Positions 1 to 12,369 of a DNA stretch of 64,000 bases are shown in pieces; the first letter of the stretch is position 1, and each line of letters starts with the position of its first letter. Under the pieces are notes generated by a model, which did not search any database, was not told the origin of the DNA, and saw nothing but the letters and a program-made list of their open reading frames with translations. Source of the DNA: Octopus vulgaris. Taxonomy: Eukaryota. The position numbers and the translations under genes were made by a program. Where the stretch lies: assembly GCA_951406725.2 (NCBI GenBank), contig OX597814.1, positions 214,892,001-214,956,000 on the forward strand, read 5' to 3'.

Positions 1-860
1 GCTACTATATATTTACTGACTTGAAGTCGTTAACGAAGAAAACTTGCTTCCAGGCCGACTTCAGGTCTCGTGCATTTAAGCAACCAATTCTTTATACGGC
101 CATGTTGAGCGGAAAAATGTTGAGTGCAACAGATTACTTGCCTTGACCTAGAAAAAGAATGATTCGGTACAATAAGTAGAAGAAGGTGTTCTTGGGAACC
201 TTAAAAAATTTCTTAGTTTTTAAAAAAAAATTACCTTGTTATGCGGGTATTTTTACTGTAAATTCCAATAGACGTCTGGTATTGTTTGCACTAGAAATCT
301 TTTGGCCGTTTTTTTTAGGATGACTTTCTCAAACCTTTTCTATTTTTTTTAAAACACATCCACCAAGAGGCTATTGTTTCTTCGTACGATAGTGAAAATG
401 AAAACAAGTTGTTGAATGTTTGGTTGTTAGTGTTACTTCCATTGTTGTTCTTGTTCTAATTGTTTTCCTGTTGTGGTTGTTTTCTTTGCGGTAGCTTTGG
501 TGGTGGGTTTTTGATGTTTCGTTAAACATTTCGGCTTTTAATTTTGGGTAATTGTTATAGTCTTTTTTTCTTCCTCTTCGTCTCACCACAACTTCTTGCC
601 ATAGACACTTACTTTTGTTCTTTTCACTTGACGAAGTGTTGGAGGCGATGTTGGAGAGCAGGTGTGTGTGCATAAACTGAAACATCGAAAACTACCTTTT
701 GTTCTTCCACCACAATTCTCATCAGTTCACTATTCTTTAAATAAATAAACTCAAGGACCCTTACTAGATTCGAAAGGGGCATGTGCACCTCTCTGAAGTT
801 CCGACCAATTTTAGTTGGAGATCGATCTCGATTCAATTATCTTCTCATGTTTCTCCAGCA
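1..860 (-). mobile_element. Degraded L1/Tx1-like LINE fragment (ORF1 end and start of ORF2 AP-endonuclease)
   Basis: The minus strand near 105-10 reads RIGCLNARDLKSAWKQVFFVNDFKS, resembling the N-terminal xxxNxxGL motif of APE domains. Upstream is a low-complexity Thr/Lys/Asn-rich ORF1-like tract. Confidence 0.5.
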
Positions 861-896
861 TGATTGCTAGGAAACTCACGTAAGCAGTCAGAACAA

Positions 897-1134
897 ATAC
901 CTATTTCTTTATTACCCACAAGGGGCTAAACATAGAGGGGACAAACAAGGACAGACATAGGTATTAAGTCGATTACATCGACCCCAGTGCGTAACTGGTA
1001 CTTAATTTATCGACCCCGAAAGGATGAAAGGCAAAGTCGACCTCAGCGGAATTTGAACTCACAACGTTGCGCCAGACAAAATACCGCTAAGCATTTCGCC
1101 CGGCACGCTAACGTTTCTGCCAGCTCGCCGCCTT
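897..1134 (-). mobile_element. tRNA-derived SINE family A, full length
   Basis: Minus strand GGCGGCGAGCTGGCAGAA (A-box-like), GAGTTCAAATTCC (B-box), central GCCTTTCATCCTTTCGGGGTCGATAAATTAAGTACCAG. Flanked by the repeat TCAGAACAAATA. About 10 copies in the window. Confidence 0.9.
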
Positions 1135-1205
1135 TCTCAGAACAAATATCTCAGAACAAATACCACAACGCATTTTTTCCGACGATCTAATGCTTCTGCC
1201 AGCTT

Positions 1206-1624
1206 ACCTATTTCTTTACTACCTAGTAGGGGCTAAACATAGAGTGGACAAACAAGGACAGACAAACGGATGAAGTCGATTATATCGACCCCAGTGCGTA
1301 ACTGGTACTTACCTAATCGACCCCGAAAGGATGAAAGGCAAAGTCGACCTCGCCGGAATTTGAACTCACAACGTAACGGCAGACGAAATACCTATTTCTT
1401 TACTACTCACAGGGAGCTAAACACAGAGAGAACAAACAAGGACAGACAAACGAATTAAGTCGATTATATCGACCCCAGTGCGTAACTGGTACTTAATTTA
1501 TCGACCCCCGAAAGGATGAAAGGCAAAGTCGACCTCGGCAGAGTTTGATCTCAACGTAACGGCAGACGAAATATCGCAAAGCATTTCGCCCGGCGTGCTA
1601 ACGCTTCTGCCAGCTCACCGCCTT
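1206..1624 (-). mobile_element. Two tandem SINE family A units (one headless, one complete)
   Basis: Same body repeated at 1206-1392 and 1387-1624, joined at GAAATACC. Confidence 0.9.
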
Positions 1625-2504
1625 AATGATGATGATGATGAAAAAAATAACAAAAGCAGCAGCAGTAGCAACAACAACAACAACGATGACAACAACAACA
1701 ATCCTTTCATTTATTTTATTACAGAGCCTCATTCATGCATATAAAAAGGAGTGACAGGGATATGTGAGAATGATCATATATAGTTATATAAAATTATGAT
1801 GTGTGGTAGAATTTGCACAAATAATATATAATATAGTATAGTAAAGGACGCACGAATCAAATAAGAATAATCCCCCCATACACAAATCAGAAACTTGCAG
1901 AGTTTTTCATCATGACACGTAACGATCCTGTCCAACATCTAAAAACTATGCATTTTAAGAGACTTTTGAGTATTGGAATATTTTTTTAAAAATAGTCATA
2001 TGCTTTTATTTTGTCTCCCACTTTTCAAGTAACAAGAAAAGTTTCTGTTGATTATAATCATACAAAAGGTAGTGCATTGATTATTACCAATGAAATTCTC
2101 AACAATTATTGAATCAGATTTCGAATTGCCAAAATCTGAAACCTACGTAGCAGCAAAAAGAGGCGTACATCAAAGACGGGCAACAGAAAAAAATCGTTTG
2201 TACACAAATGACAATCATCCTAAATAAACGATGAAAGTATATCTTTACATGTGCAATACTTGCACGAACTGAATGTCCTATATATAATTATAAAGCTGAT
2301 TCTGGGTTGGACAAATCCAAGATGGAACAAATCCAACCTGTTTAGAGAGGTAGGAGCAGTGACATTTGTCATAAAAGATCAGACGATCTTTTCAGGTACT
2401 TTGAAATATAGTATAGTCGATAAATATCGCTTGTGTTGTTTATTTACTAACATGATGCACTGATAGACAATATTGTCTCATGGTATCTTACATAAACTTT
2501 CATC

Positions 2505-2697
<193 letters not shown>

Positions 2698-2699
2698 CA

Positions 2700-2970
2700 T
2701 ACATATATGGGTACAGGACGTCATCAACGGTGCAACTAACATGAAATACATAAATAAGCGAGAGAAAAAATGGAAAACACATCAGTTGTCGGCTGTCTAT
2801 CTACTCCTCGTTTCAAGCATTCAACAACAACGTGAGTCTTCAAAGACAGTTGGCCTCATAAATTCTAAAATAAAATTTAGGACTTATGGAGGCTCAAAGT
2901 TGGGAACAAAAACATGACAGTAGAGACATACAAGGAAACCGAACGAACACAAACATGGAAGGTCGTTAGA
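2700..2970 (-). mobile_element. Short (TA)n-embedded PLE-type terminal fragment
   Basis: Sits between (TA)n tracts. Shares AGCCGACAACTGATG with 45081-45095. Degenerate hammerhead-like TTGAAGA...GAAAC...GTA on the minus strand. Confidence 0.4.
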
Positions 2971-3389
2971 CTATATATATATATATAGATATATATATAT
3001 ATATATATCTTCATACATACACACAGACACATATATATATATATACTTGTTTTCTGTGATACTCATTCGCCTTGTTAAATTTAAATTTTGTCTTTTTCTG
3101 TTACAATATATTTTTCGTAAGCTTTTGATTTCTTGATTTCTAAAAGGGATTTTCCGCTATTTTTTAGACTGTAATTATTATACTTATTTTAATGTACATA
3201 AGCGATTGATATTCAGTTTTTAATTCATTTTTAAATCGTTTTATCCGATTTTTATATTTTTCATCAATGGTCAATCGTTTTCATTCAACCGATTCATATT
3301 AGTTTTCAAAGTAATAATCCACTGTTCAGTCAGCGTGAAATGTTTATTTACTATATAATTATCACTGCATCGTTTATAAAGTACCATAT

Positions 3390-3530
3390 CTATATCAATA
3401 AAAGTTAAATTCTGTCTGTCCGTCTGGGACCCTTGTATCTCAGTCTACATTTGCTCCACATAGACATATTACACCTTTTTGGAATCAGGATGATCCTGGG
3501 ATTGAACATTTGCCCTTCATTTCATTCTTG
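3390..3530 (+). mobile_element. Possible Helitron 5' fragment
   Basis: A|TCTATATCAATAAAA followed by (TCTG)n-like sequence, as at the 5' ends of the Helitrons at 8295 and 9570. Confidence 0.35.
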
Positions 3531-3617
3531 GGCATCCAGCATCGGGATCTGATTTAAAAGCATTTGGGTTGCTATTTCTAGCAGGTAAAGCTTGGCTGAT
3601 TCACGCCATCTTGCTTG

Positions 3618-3808
3618 GCATTTTTGTTTTGCCGTTACGTTGTGAGTTCAAATTCCGCCGAGGTCGACTTTACCTTTCATACTTTCGGGGTTGATAAATT
3701 AAATACCAGTTACGCACTGGGGTCGATGTAATCGACTTAATACCTATGTCTGTCCTTGTTTGTCCCCTCTATGTTTAGCCCCTTGTGGGTAATAAGGAAA
3801 CAGGTATT
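3618..3808 (+). mobile_element. SINE family A, 5' degraded
   Basis: GAGTTCAAATTCCGCCGAGGTCGACTTT...GTTTAGCCCCTTGTGGGTAATAAG. Confidence 0.9.
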
Positions 3809-4146
3809 AGAATCAAAGGGGAAATAAATGACATTTATTTCATTACTTTTACTTTCGAGACAAGAATTTTGGATCAAATTGGCCAGCAGTTAGAATTCAA
3901 CTTCAGACTGGAACAATAGAATGATTGCATTACAGAATTAATTCTCTTCTGTCCTTAACCTTTGATCAAACAGCACCGGGACATTTAGTCATTATAAGGA
4001 GTGCGTCTTTTAAGCTAGTTGTTAATAAAACTCACGACTGTCTGATGTTCGTTTATGTGAAGCTCTAACAAGTTGTGCATTGCTTGTAGCTTCAATGAAA
4101 CATTATACACATAAACGTACGTACATATACTCGCACACACATGAAT

Positions 4147-4403
4147 GTATGCATGTATGTATGTATGTATGTATGTATGTATGTATGTATGTATGTATGT
4201 ATGTATGTATGTATGTATGTATGTATGTATGTATGTGTGCATGTATGTATGTTTGTATGTATGTATGTATGTATGTATGTATGTATGTATGTATGTATGT
4301 ATGTATGTATGTATGTATGTATGTATGTATGTATGTATGTATGCATGTATGTATGTATGTATGTATGTATGTATGTATGTATGTATGTATGTATGTATGT
4401 ATG
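4147..4403. repeat. (TATG)n microsatellite (resumes at 4751-4840)
   Basis: Direct tetranucleotide repeat. Confidence 0.95.
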
Positions 4404-4750
4404 TTTGTATGCCTCAGTAAAGCTGGACTCATGAGTCATCTTCGTAGTCATAAAACGAGACAGATGAGTGACAACCTGGCCACTGGTGGTGGAGTAACAC
4501 ACCATACTAATCATATCTGTCGGGCATGTGGAAGAGAGTTCAATTCGGCAGGAGGACTTAAACGACATGCAAAGGTACATGAAGCCCAGTTACAACTACA
4601 GCCGGCTATTACCAGTAAAGGTCTTCGTTGCCAATTTTGTACAAGACATTGTAGATCTTTAGCTGGGCTAAAAAGTCACATTCGATCACAGCGCCAGTAA
4701 CAGTTAAGCTTCGTGCAATGGCCATACTCGATAACGAGGGGGCAGCCACC
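4404..4750 (+). mobile_element. 5'-truncated RTE-type LINE 3' end encoding C2H2-like zinc fingers
   Basis: FVCLSKAGLMSHLRSH, CRACGREFNSAGGLKRHAKVH and CQFCTRHCRSLAGLKSHIRSQ*. The last matches the CxxCxRxCxSxxGLxSH C-terminus typical of RTE ORF2. Short 3' UTR; embedded in (TATG)n. Confidence 0.65.
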
Positions 4751-4887
4751 ATGTATGTATGTATGTATGTATGTATGTATGTATGTATGTATGTACGTAT
4801 GTATGTATGTATGTATGTATGTATGTATGCATGTATGCATGTGTGTGTGTATGTTTGTCCTGGGCAGGACAATAAACTGTATCCGAT

Positions 4888-5330
4888 AGTGTGGCGCCAG
4901 TTCGGGTGTTCTGGAATTGTGGGGAACATCGAGTCATTCCTTAATTACTATTGCTACCAGGTCGGTTCTCACGCTATGGGTTAGATACATTTCTCAGGGA
5001 CAGAGGAGGTTCGCGCTATTTTTAACAAGCTGTGGGGAAGAAGCGCTTATAGGAGAAAGATACTCTGAGATAAAACTTGCAATCCAAACAGTACCAGTCA
5101 CCTTACAATGCTTTGGTGGCGACTGAGAGATGGGCAAAAGTATTGTACACGATTTTGTCATTTAAACCAAATGATGTGCATATGTTTCACTATCATTTCA
5201 TTTCTTGATCCTAGTGCGATGGATGCGTGGCGTAAAGAGTCATATCCGCGCGCACGCTGGGTTGAGATAAATACGCACAATCAGACTGAATGTGAGACGG
5301 CTATCATCTGACAAGATGAGTCAATTACCA
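4888..5330 (+). mobile_element. Possible degraded Gypsy PBS and gag fragment
   Basis: TGGCGCCAG PBS-like motif followed by GNIESF and RRFALFLTSCG gag-like peptides. Confidence 0.3.
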
Positions 5331-5407
5331 TGTGTACGTGTGTGTGTGTGTGTGCGTGCGTGTGTGTATGTGTATATATAAACACACACAAACACTCACA
5401 CATAAAA

Positions 5408-5542
5408 CGAGGGGATACTGAAAAGGTCCTGGCTTTAAGGGTGTCGCTGTAAAAAGTGTGCGAATCTAAGAGGGGGATATGTTGAATAAAATCATTAATA
5501 ACTGATCCTCCTGCATTTTCTATTACTTTTCAGCACCCCTCG
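5408..5542. mobile_element. Internally deleted mariner derivative (MITE)
   Basis: TIRs CGAGGGGATACTGAAAAG and CTTTTCAGCACCCCTCG|TA. Confidence 0.7.
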
Positions 5543-5549
5543 TACATAC

Positions 5550-5601
<52 letters not shown>

Positions 5602-5747
5602 TTATTTGCAGTCATAATAATTTAGGAAAACTGTTATATATGCCACACACACACATTTGTTATCATAATAATATAGGAAAAGTGCTCTCTATGCAGGCAT
5701 CCTAGTTACAACTCCTTAAAGAAAAAGATTGCTTAACAACCTCATGG

Positions 5748-5806
5748 TTTCGGGCAGACCAAAGCCTTGTGAGTGGATTTGGTTGACGGAAACTAAAGGA
5801 AGCCCG

Positions 5807-5853
<47 letters not shown>

Positions 5854-6017
5854 CTTGATCACCTTGACCGACCAGTCCATCGGGCGTCCATTTGACACCG
5901 CTGGTCACAGCACGCTGTCCACTCCTCTCTGGATCGCGCCTTTCTCATCCACGTGATCCCAATCGTCCTCCTGAAATCGTAACTCCACCGCCGTGGAGTC
6001 CTTCCGGGAGGACGCCT

Positions 6018-6057
<40 letters not shown>

Positions 6058-6273
6058 GTATATGTATATGTTTGTGTGTCTGTGTTTGTTATCCCCTGCC
6101 CCCAACATCGCTTGACAACCGATGCTGGTGTGTTTACGTCACTTAGCGGTTCAGCAAGAGAAACCGATAGAATAAGTACTAGGCTTACAAAGAATAAGCC
6201 CTGGGGTCGATTTGCTCGACTAAAGGCGATGCTCCAGCGTGGCCGCAGTCAAATGACTGAAACAAACAAAAGA
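5748..6273 (+). mobile_element. SINE family B (5' truncated), internal (TA)n interrupted by a LINE 3' end
   Basis: GCCTTGTGAGTGGATTTGG...GAAGCCCGTC left part and CTTGACAACCGATGCTGG...CAGTCAAATGACTGAAAC right part. Confidence 0.85.
5850..6020 (-). mobile_element. RTE-type LINE extreme 3' end with (TCAAGGTGA)-like terminal repeat
   Basis: Minus strand encodes RPPGRTPRRWSYDFRRTIGITWMRKARSREEW, the RTE C-terminal GRPxxRW...W...A..R..W pattern. Ends GGTCAAGGTGATCAAGGTGA. Confidence 0.7.
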
Positions 6274-7340
6274 ATATCAATTAAACTTAAAATGGCAATG
6301 TGATTTATTATATGGGACTCCAGCACACAGAAAGGCCACCAGATAGTATACACTCATAGTAAAATGAAAAGCTTCAGATAATGAAGAATTAATAAATCTG
6401 GATCTTTGCTTTGGAAATTAAATTGTTTATAATGGCAATTAAATTGTACACAATGGCACAAAATCAATTTCAAAATTGATGACTCAATACAGGACATTTC
6501 AATATTCAAAGGATTATAATAAATGTGACGCCGATAGTAATTTCAAGCTAACTCATTCATTTGTAAGCAACTGGACAGCATTTTCAGAATTCCATTATAG
6601 TATTACACGCCTTCTTTAAATTGAATGTTTGTGATGTTATTATTTCCATAGCAATATTTTATGAATTTCCAAATTGTCTGTCAAATAATAAAATCTTTAC
6701 GATTATACTACGTATGTTTATTCCTTTAACAAGAACATTCAAATAGATTTTTATAGATAATTTATTCCCTTATAAGAATCTCTTTGTCTTTTAATGTTTG
6801 TGGGTAGAGTATATAAATGGCATGAGAGCCAAATTGTTGCTGTTACTGAAATAACAGCGGAACTGGAGACAATATATTTTCAAATTTTCAGAAAGCAACA
6901 TATAAACGAAGCATTATGGTGAGTAGTTTTTAAATATGGCTGTTATATAATACTTCTATTATAGTTAATAAAGCTTTTAGGAATGATAGGAACATGAGAA
7001 AAATGTTTCTAGTTGATAGAATGGACCTTAAGGAAAAAGAAAACGAAACAAACGTTTACGTAAATACGTTCGTTCTATTCTTGTATATGCTTGTTAAAAA
7101 TATTTGTGTTTTGTTCTATTTATAAAACAAGAGTTATTTGAATTCTTGCATCGGTCTAATCGACAATATACACACCTCTGTCTCCCAAACTGGAGCATTT
7201 ATGCCTATGTTATAAATCAATATTTACTATAAGGAGGAATAATTGTGTTTCTTGTATAACATCTGTTTCAGTAAGTGGCCGATAAAACGGACATTAATAT
7301 AGGAATCGTCCAAGGTGGCAACTTGATTTTTATTATATAA

Positions 7341-7734
7341 CTAGCAGTATCGCCCGGCGTTGCTCGGGTTTGTAAGGGAAATAACTATATAAGCATTTTT
7401 AGAAATGTAAAGTATAATAGCCATCTCAACATGGCCAACCACAAAGGGGGTGTTACTGTAGCTTTTTACGTTCTGAGATTTAGTAATAAATTTTTAGACA
7501 GTTACTTCCCTTATATATGCCAAAAATGCATTAAAAATGGGAAAAATTGATGGTAAATTTTTTTTTAAATCGTAGACTCATTGTAGACGCGCACTAATAC
7601 CCAGAAGGGCTCGATATGAATCACGACTATAAGATACCCGGTTTTGGTTAAACTGTACCGCAAAATGTGGGAGTAGTTAGGAATCTAAATCGTAGGAGAC
7701 AGACAGCACACAACCTCTCTTTTATATATAAAGA
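7341..7734 (-). mobile_element. Non-autonomous Helitron
   Basis: Minus strand begins A|TCTTTATATATAAAAG and ends with hairpin CCCGAGCAACGCCGGG then CTAG|T. No TSD. Confidence 0.8.
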
Positions 7735-8294
7735 TGAGAACAAGAACACGACAAAAAAATCAATCATGAAGCTTACGAAACCAACGACAATGAAGGGTAA
7801 GTATATAATAAACATCTTAAATATATTAAAAATTCTTTGTAGAGTTTTTGAAACACAGATTTTAAAATAAGAATTGACAGCTATAGGATTTTCAAATTGT
7901 GTGTTGCCAGTCTTGGGATTTAAGAATAATGATTACAAGTCGTGTAATAGAAATGTGTGGATACACCAATCGTGAGGCCAAGATTTCAAACACACCATAG
8001 TCGCCTCTCTGTCTGGATCTTCATTAAGTACACTTTTCCTAATTATATAAAGTTAAACTTGGTCGTTCGATTTGCCTTTAAACTTCACAGAAAAATATTA
8101 ATGAGTAAAGATCTAAAAAAGAAAAGAAAAGCAAAAAAATATTAACATCCCAGCACGAGATATTAATTATGGGGTAATGCAACGAAGCAGCGAGATTTCG
8201 GCTACAGTATACATAAATGTATCGATTTCCAAGCGAGATTTTTAAGTGGAAGATAATCAATCAGTTAGAGAATAGATCTGATACATACTGGAAA

Positions 8295-8943
8295 TCTCTA
8301 TATATATAAAACTGAGAATGTGTGTCTCTCTGTCTGTCTGTGTGTTTCCTTAAAACTTGAGAACTACACAACCAATTTCATTCAAATTTTACACCTGCCT
8401 TACTTAGGGACCATGTAGTTTCATGGGCAATTTTCAACTTCTTGCCTAGGGCGAGCCCATAGCAATATCATATCTTCTCCACTATTTCAGTATTACGTGT
8501 TAAAAGTGAAACAAAAACATTTCTCTATTTTATGTAAGATACTTTCACTTTAACAATAACAATTAGAGATAATAATAACAACTGAATTATATGTAGTAAG
8601 TAATAATTAAAATCAAACTAAAGTATAATATAATCGTAACATAACAAAAGTAAAAATAGCAATTGGTATAAAATTGCATCAATGACTTGAACTTGAATAA
8701 GTGGTTTCACATGAATGGGAATAAATTAAAAATAAAATTAGCGTGCAGAAATGGAAGTCCTACAATTCCAGTATGTTATATATTTTCAGTATTGTTATTA
8801 CTAGCGATATCAAGATATAACTTTGTATTTTGTATTTTATGTGTAGATGTATATATATATATAGATAGATGTAAATGTAATATGTACACATATATATACA
8901 TGCACTAGCACTATGACCCGGCAAAGACGGGTCATAATGCTAG
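8295..8943 (+). mobile_element. Non-autonomous Helitron, copy 1
   Basis: A|TCTCTATATATATAAAA start; 3' hairpin TATGACCCG-GCAAAGA-CGGGTCATA then CTAG|T. Confidence 0.8.
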
Positions 8944-9569
8944 TACAATATATTTTGAAACATCCTCTTTGTAATTTGAAAGTGATCATCTCTTTTATAT
9001 AGTCATGGATGAGAACAAGAACACAACAAAAAAATCAATCATGAAGCTTACGAAACCAACGATAATGAAGGGTAAGTATATAATAAACATCTTAAATATA
9101 TTAAAAATTCTTTGTAGAGTTTTTGAAACACAGATTTTAAAATAAGAATTGACAGCTATAGGATTTTCAAATTGTGTGTTGCCAGTCTTGGGATTTAAGA
9201 ATAATGATTACAAGTCGTGTAATAGAAATGTGTGGATACACCAATCGTGAGGCCAAGATTTCAAACACACCATAGTCGCCTCTCTGTCTGGATCTTCATT
9301 AAGTACACTTTTCCTAATTATATAAAGTTAAACTTGGTCGTTCGATTTGCCTTTAAACTTCACAGAAAAATATTAATGAGTAAAGATCTAAAAAAGAAAA
9401 GAAAAGCAAAAAAATATTAACATCCCAGCACGAGATATTAATTATGGGGTAATGCAACGAAGCAGCGAGATTTCGGCTACAGTATACATAAATGTATCGA
9501 TTTCCAAGCGAGATTTTTAAGTGGAAGATAATCAATCAGTTAGAGAATAGATCTGATACATACTGGAAA

Positions 9570-10226
9570 TCTCTCTATATATAAAACTGAGAATGTGTGT
9601 CTCTCTGTCTGTCTGTGTGTTTCCTTAAAACTTGAGAACTACACAACCAATTTCATTCAAATTTTACACCTGCCTTACTTAGGGACCATGTAGTTTCATG
9701 GGCAATTTTCAACTTCTTGCCTAGGGCGAGCCCATAGCAATATCATATCTTCTCCACTATTTCAGTATTACGTGTTAAAAGTGAAACAAAAACATTTCTC
9801 TATTTTATGTAAGATACTTTCACTTTAACAATAAAAATTAGAGATAATAATAACAATTGAATTATATGTAGTAAGTAATAATTAAAATCAAACTAAAGTA
9901 TAATATAATCGTAACATAACAAAAGTAAAAATAGCAATTGGTATAAAATTGCATCAATGACTTGAACTTGAATAAGTGGTTTCACATGAATGGGAATAAA
10001 TTAAAAATAAAATTAGCGTGCAGAAATGGAAGTCCTACAATTCCAGTATGTTATATATTTTCAGTATTGTTATCACTAGCGATATCAAGATATAACTTTG
10101 TATTTTGTATTTTATGTGTAGATGCATATATATATATATAGATGTAAATGTAATATGTACACATATATATACACATATATACATGCACTAGCACTATGAC
10201 CCGGCAAAGACGGGTCATAATGCTAG
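9570..10226 (+). mobile_element. Non-autonomous Helitron, copy 2 (from the tandem duplication)
   Basis: Same termini and flanks as 8295-8943. Confidence 0.8.
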
Positions 10227-10871
10227 TACAATATATTTTGAAACATCCTCTTTGTAATTTGAAAGTGATCATTTATAAGTCATGCAAACAACATAGGGCA
10301 ATCGTGGGTGCAACACCTTAACCATTAAGCCATGCGCCTTCACACACACACATACACACACACGCACACACATCTGAAATGTGTGTGTGCATGTGCCTCT
10401 GTGTGTGTGCGAATGTGTGTGTGTGTAGGAATATTCTGTTATTTTATTGGCTTGCTCATAAGTTATGTGTATTAGATGTCATTCGCAAATCGTAATAAGG
10501 TAGAAGTTAAAATAATTATTATTAACAACAGCATACCACCACGGTGAAATTGCATATGGATTTGTATGAAATTATAAACTGCCTAACATTGATTCTGAGG
10601 AGACCAATGTCCGATACAAAGTGAGATATAATTACCAATTCAACTTTTCTCCAATTTCATAGATATATTTATTGATCTTTCTACTTTTTCATTGCTTTAC
10701 CGAGAAAAAAAAAAGAAACAAAGAAAAGGATAAAACAATACAAAAATATGTAGCTTGTCCGTACACCCACACTTATACACCAGCACACATTTAAATGCTT
10801 ACACATAAAAACATATATGTATGCGTGTGTTTATATACATATATATGTATATACATATACATACAAATATA

Positions 10872-10939
<68 letters not shown>

Positions 10940-10981
10940 TATATATATATATACACACATATATATATATACATATATATA

Positions 10982-11015
<34 letters not shown>

Positions 11016-11086
11016 TATACATATACATACAAATATATCTGTATATATATATATATATATACACATATGCATATATATATACACAC

Positions 11087-11117
<31 letters not shown>

Positions 11118-11119
11118 CA

Positions 11120-11493
11120 CAGTCATTTGACTGCGGGCATGCTGGAGCACCGCCTTTAGTCGAGCAAATCGACCCCGGGACTTATTCTTTGTAAGCCCAG
11201 TACTTATTCTATCGGTCTCCTTTGCCGAACGTAAACACACCAGCATCGGTTGTCAAGCAATACTAGGGGGACAAACACACACACAAACACACACACAAAC
11301 ACACATATATACATATATATACATATATACGACAGGCTTCTTTCAGTTTCCGTCTACCAAATCCACTCACAAGGCATTGGCCGGCCCGGGGTTATAGCAG
11401 AAGACACTTGTCCAAGATGCCACGCCGTGGGACTGAACCCGGAACCATGTGGTTGGTTAGCAACCTACTTACCACACAGCCACTCCTGCGCCT
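11120..11493 (-). mobile_element. SINE family B
   Basis: Minus-strand head GGCGCAGGAGTGGCTGTGTGGTAAG...GGTTCAGTCCC; CORE-like CTTGG(G/A)CAAGTG; internal microsatellite. Confidence 0.9.
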
Positions 11494-12091
11494 ATGTATA
11501 TATGTATATATATGTATATATATATGTATGCATGTATGTATATATATATATGTATGTATGTATATGTTTACACACACACACACACATATAACACGCTTAA
11601 ATAATTGGAAGAAAAAAATATAATATTTGTAGGAATGTTTAACATTGAATGCATTTGAGATTAGCTCCCAGAGAATCCTATTACAGGCAATTAACTTTGA
11701 AAAATAATCCAGAATTAAGTGAAAATCCGGTATCCACAAGAATTAATTATCATTAAAGTGGGAGTATAGAAGCTGTGGAGCGTATTACGAACTATTTATT
11801 ATATTTGCATAATTATGCATACGTCAATATATGCAATTATATGATGTCCTTGTACAATGACTTGTTCAAATTACTTTTTCTCTATTTTCTTTCTCTTCTT
11901 CTCCAAATCGTTTTACGCATATTTAGTCGGTGAGGACGTCGCTGTGCATGCCAGAGATATAATGAAAATATTGTTTAGGTGTTTTGGCGGATGCAAACAT
12001 AAAATATATTGCAAAATATAGTTATAAACATGTGTAAATATCACTCATTTTGAACATTTCTGCTTGCAGCTTTCCATACATTTTCCCTCAA

Positions 12092-12152
12092 ATGATATGA
12101 TATGATATGATATGATATGATATGATATGATATGATATGATATGATATGATA

Positions 12153-12156
<4 letters not shown>
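12092..12156. repeat. (ATGAT)n pentanucleotide microsatellite
   Basis: Direct repeat. Confidence 0.95.
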
Positions 12157-12187
<31 letters not shown>

Positions 12188-12315
12188 ACAAGATAAGGGC
12201 AAAAGAAAAATTCTAATGCCAAATATGCCGAAAAAAAGACAATAATTGTCAATAAAGTATTATAATTTATGCGTCTCGAAACAAACCGATAGAAATCTCT
12301 AAAAAATTCGTTATT

Positions 12316-12369
12316 AGCGTATTGGTCCAATTTCGGGGTTAATTAAGAAATTTTCCCCTCTTCAGCGGC
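12316..12369 (-). ncRNA. Type I hammerhead ribozyme motif (canonical core)
   Basis: GCCG CUGAAGA GGGG..CCCC GAAA UUGG-A-CCAA UA CGCU: stem II GGGG/CCCC, near-palindromic stem III, AUA site, one stem I mismatch. Confidence 0.7.

Larger units (their letters stand above)
7733..10272 (+). repeat. Tandem duplication, unit about 1.27 kb (7733-8989 and 9008-10272), near identical
   Basis: Identical ORF pairs 7957/9232 and 8078/9353 (offset 1275). Few differences seen by eye. Confidence 0.95.

Noticed and set aside
4404-4700. Host C2H2 zinc-finger gene exon
   Set aside because: No splice acceptor or TGEKP linkers; the RTE-like terminal finger and tail favour a LINE origin.
6300-7320. Possible degraded coding relic
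   Set aside because: No motif could be assigned with confidence in any frame.
10588-10630. Hammerhead-like CTGAGGA GACC...GTCC GATAC
   Set aside because: Core GAAA is mutated and stems I and III do not pair convincingly.
11250-11623. Recurrent peptides such as [19 protein letters not shown] and [12 protein letters not shown]
   Set aside because: Antisense translation of SINE family B; recurrence reflects SINE copy number.
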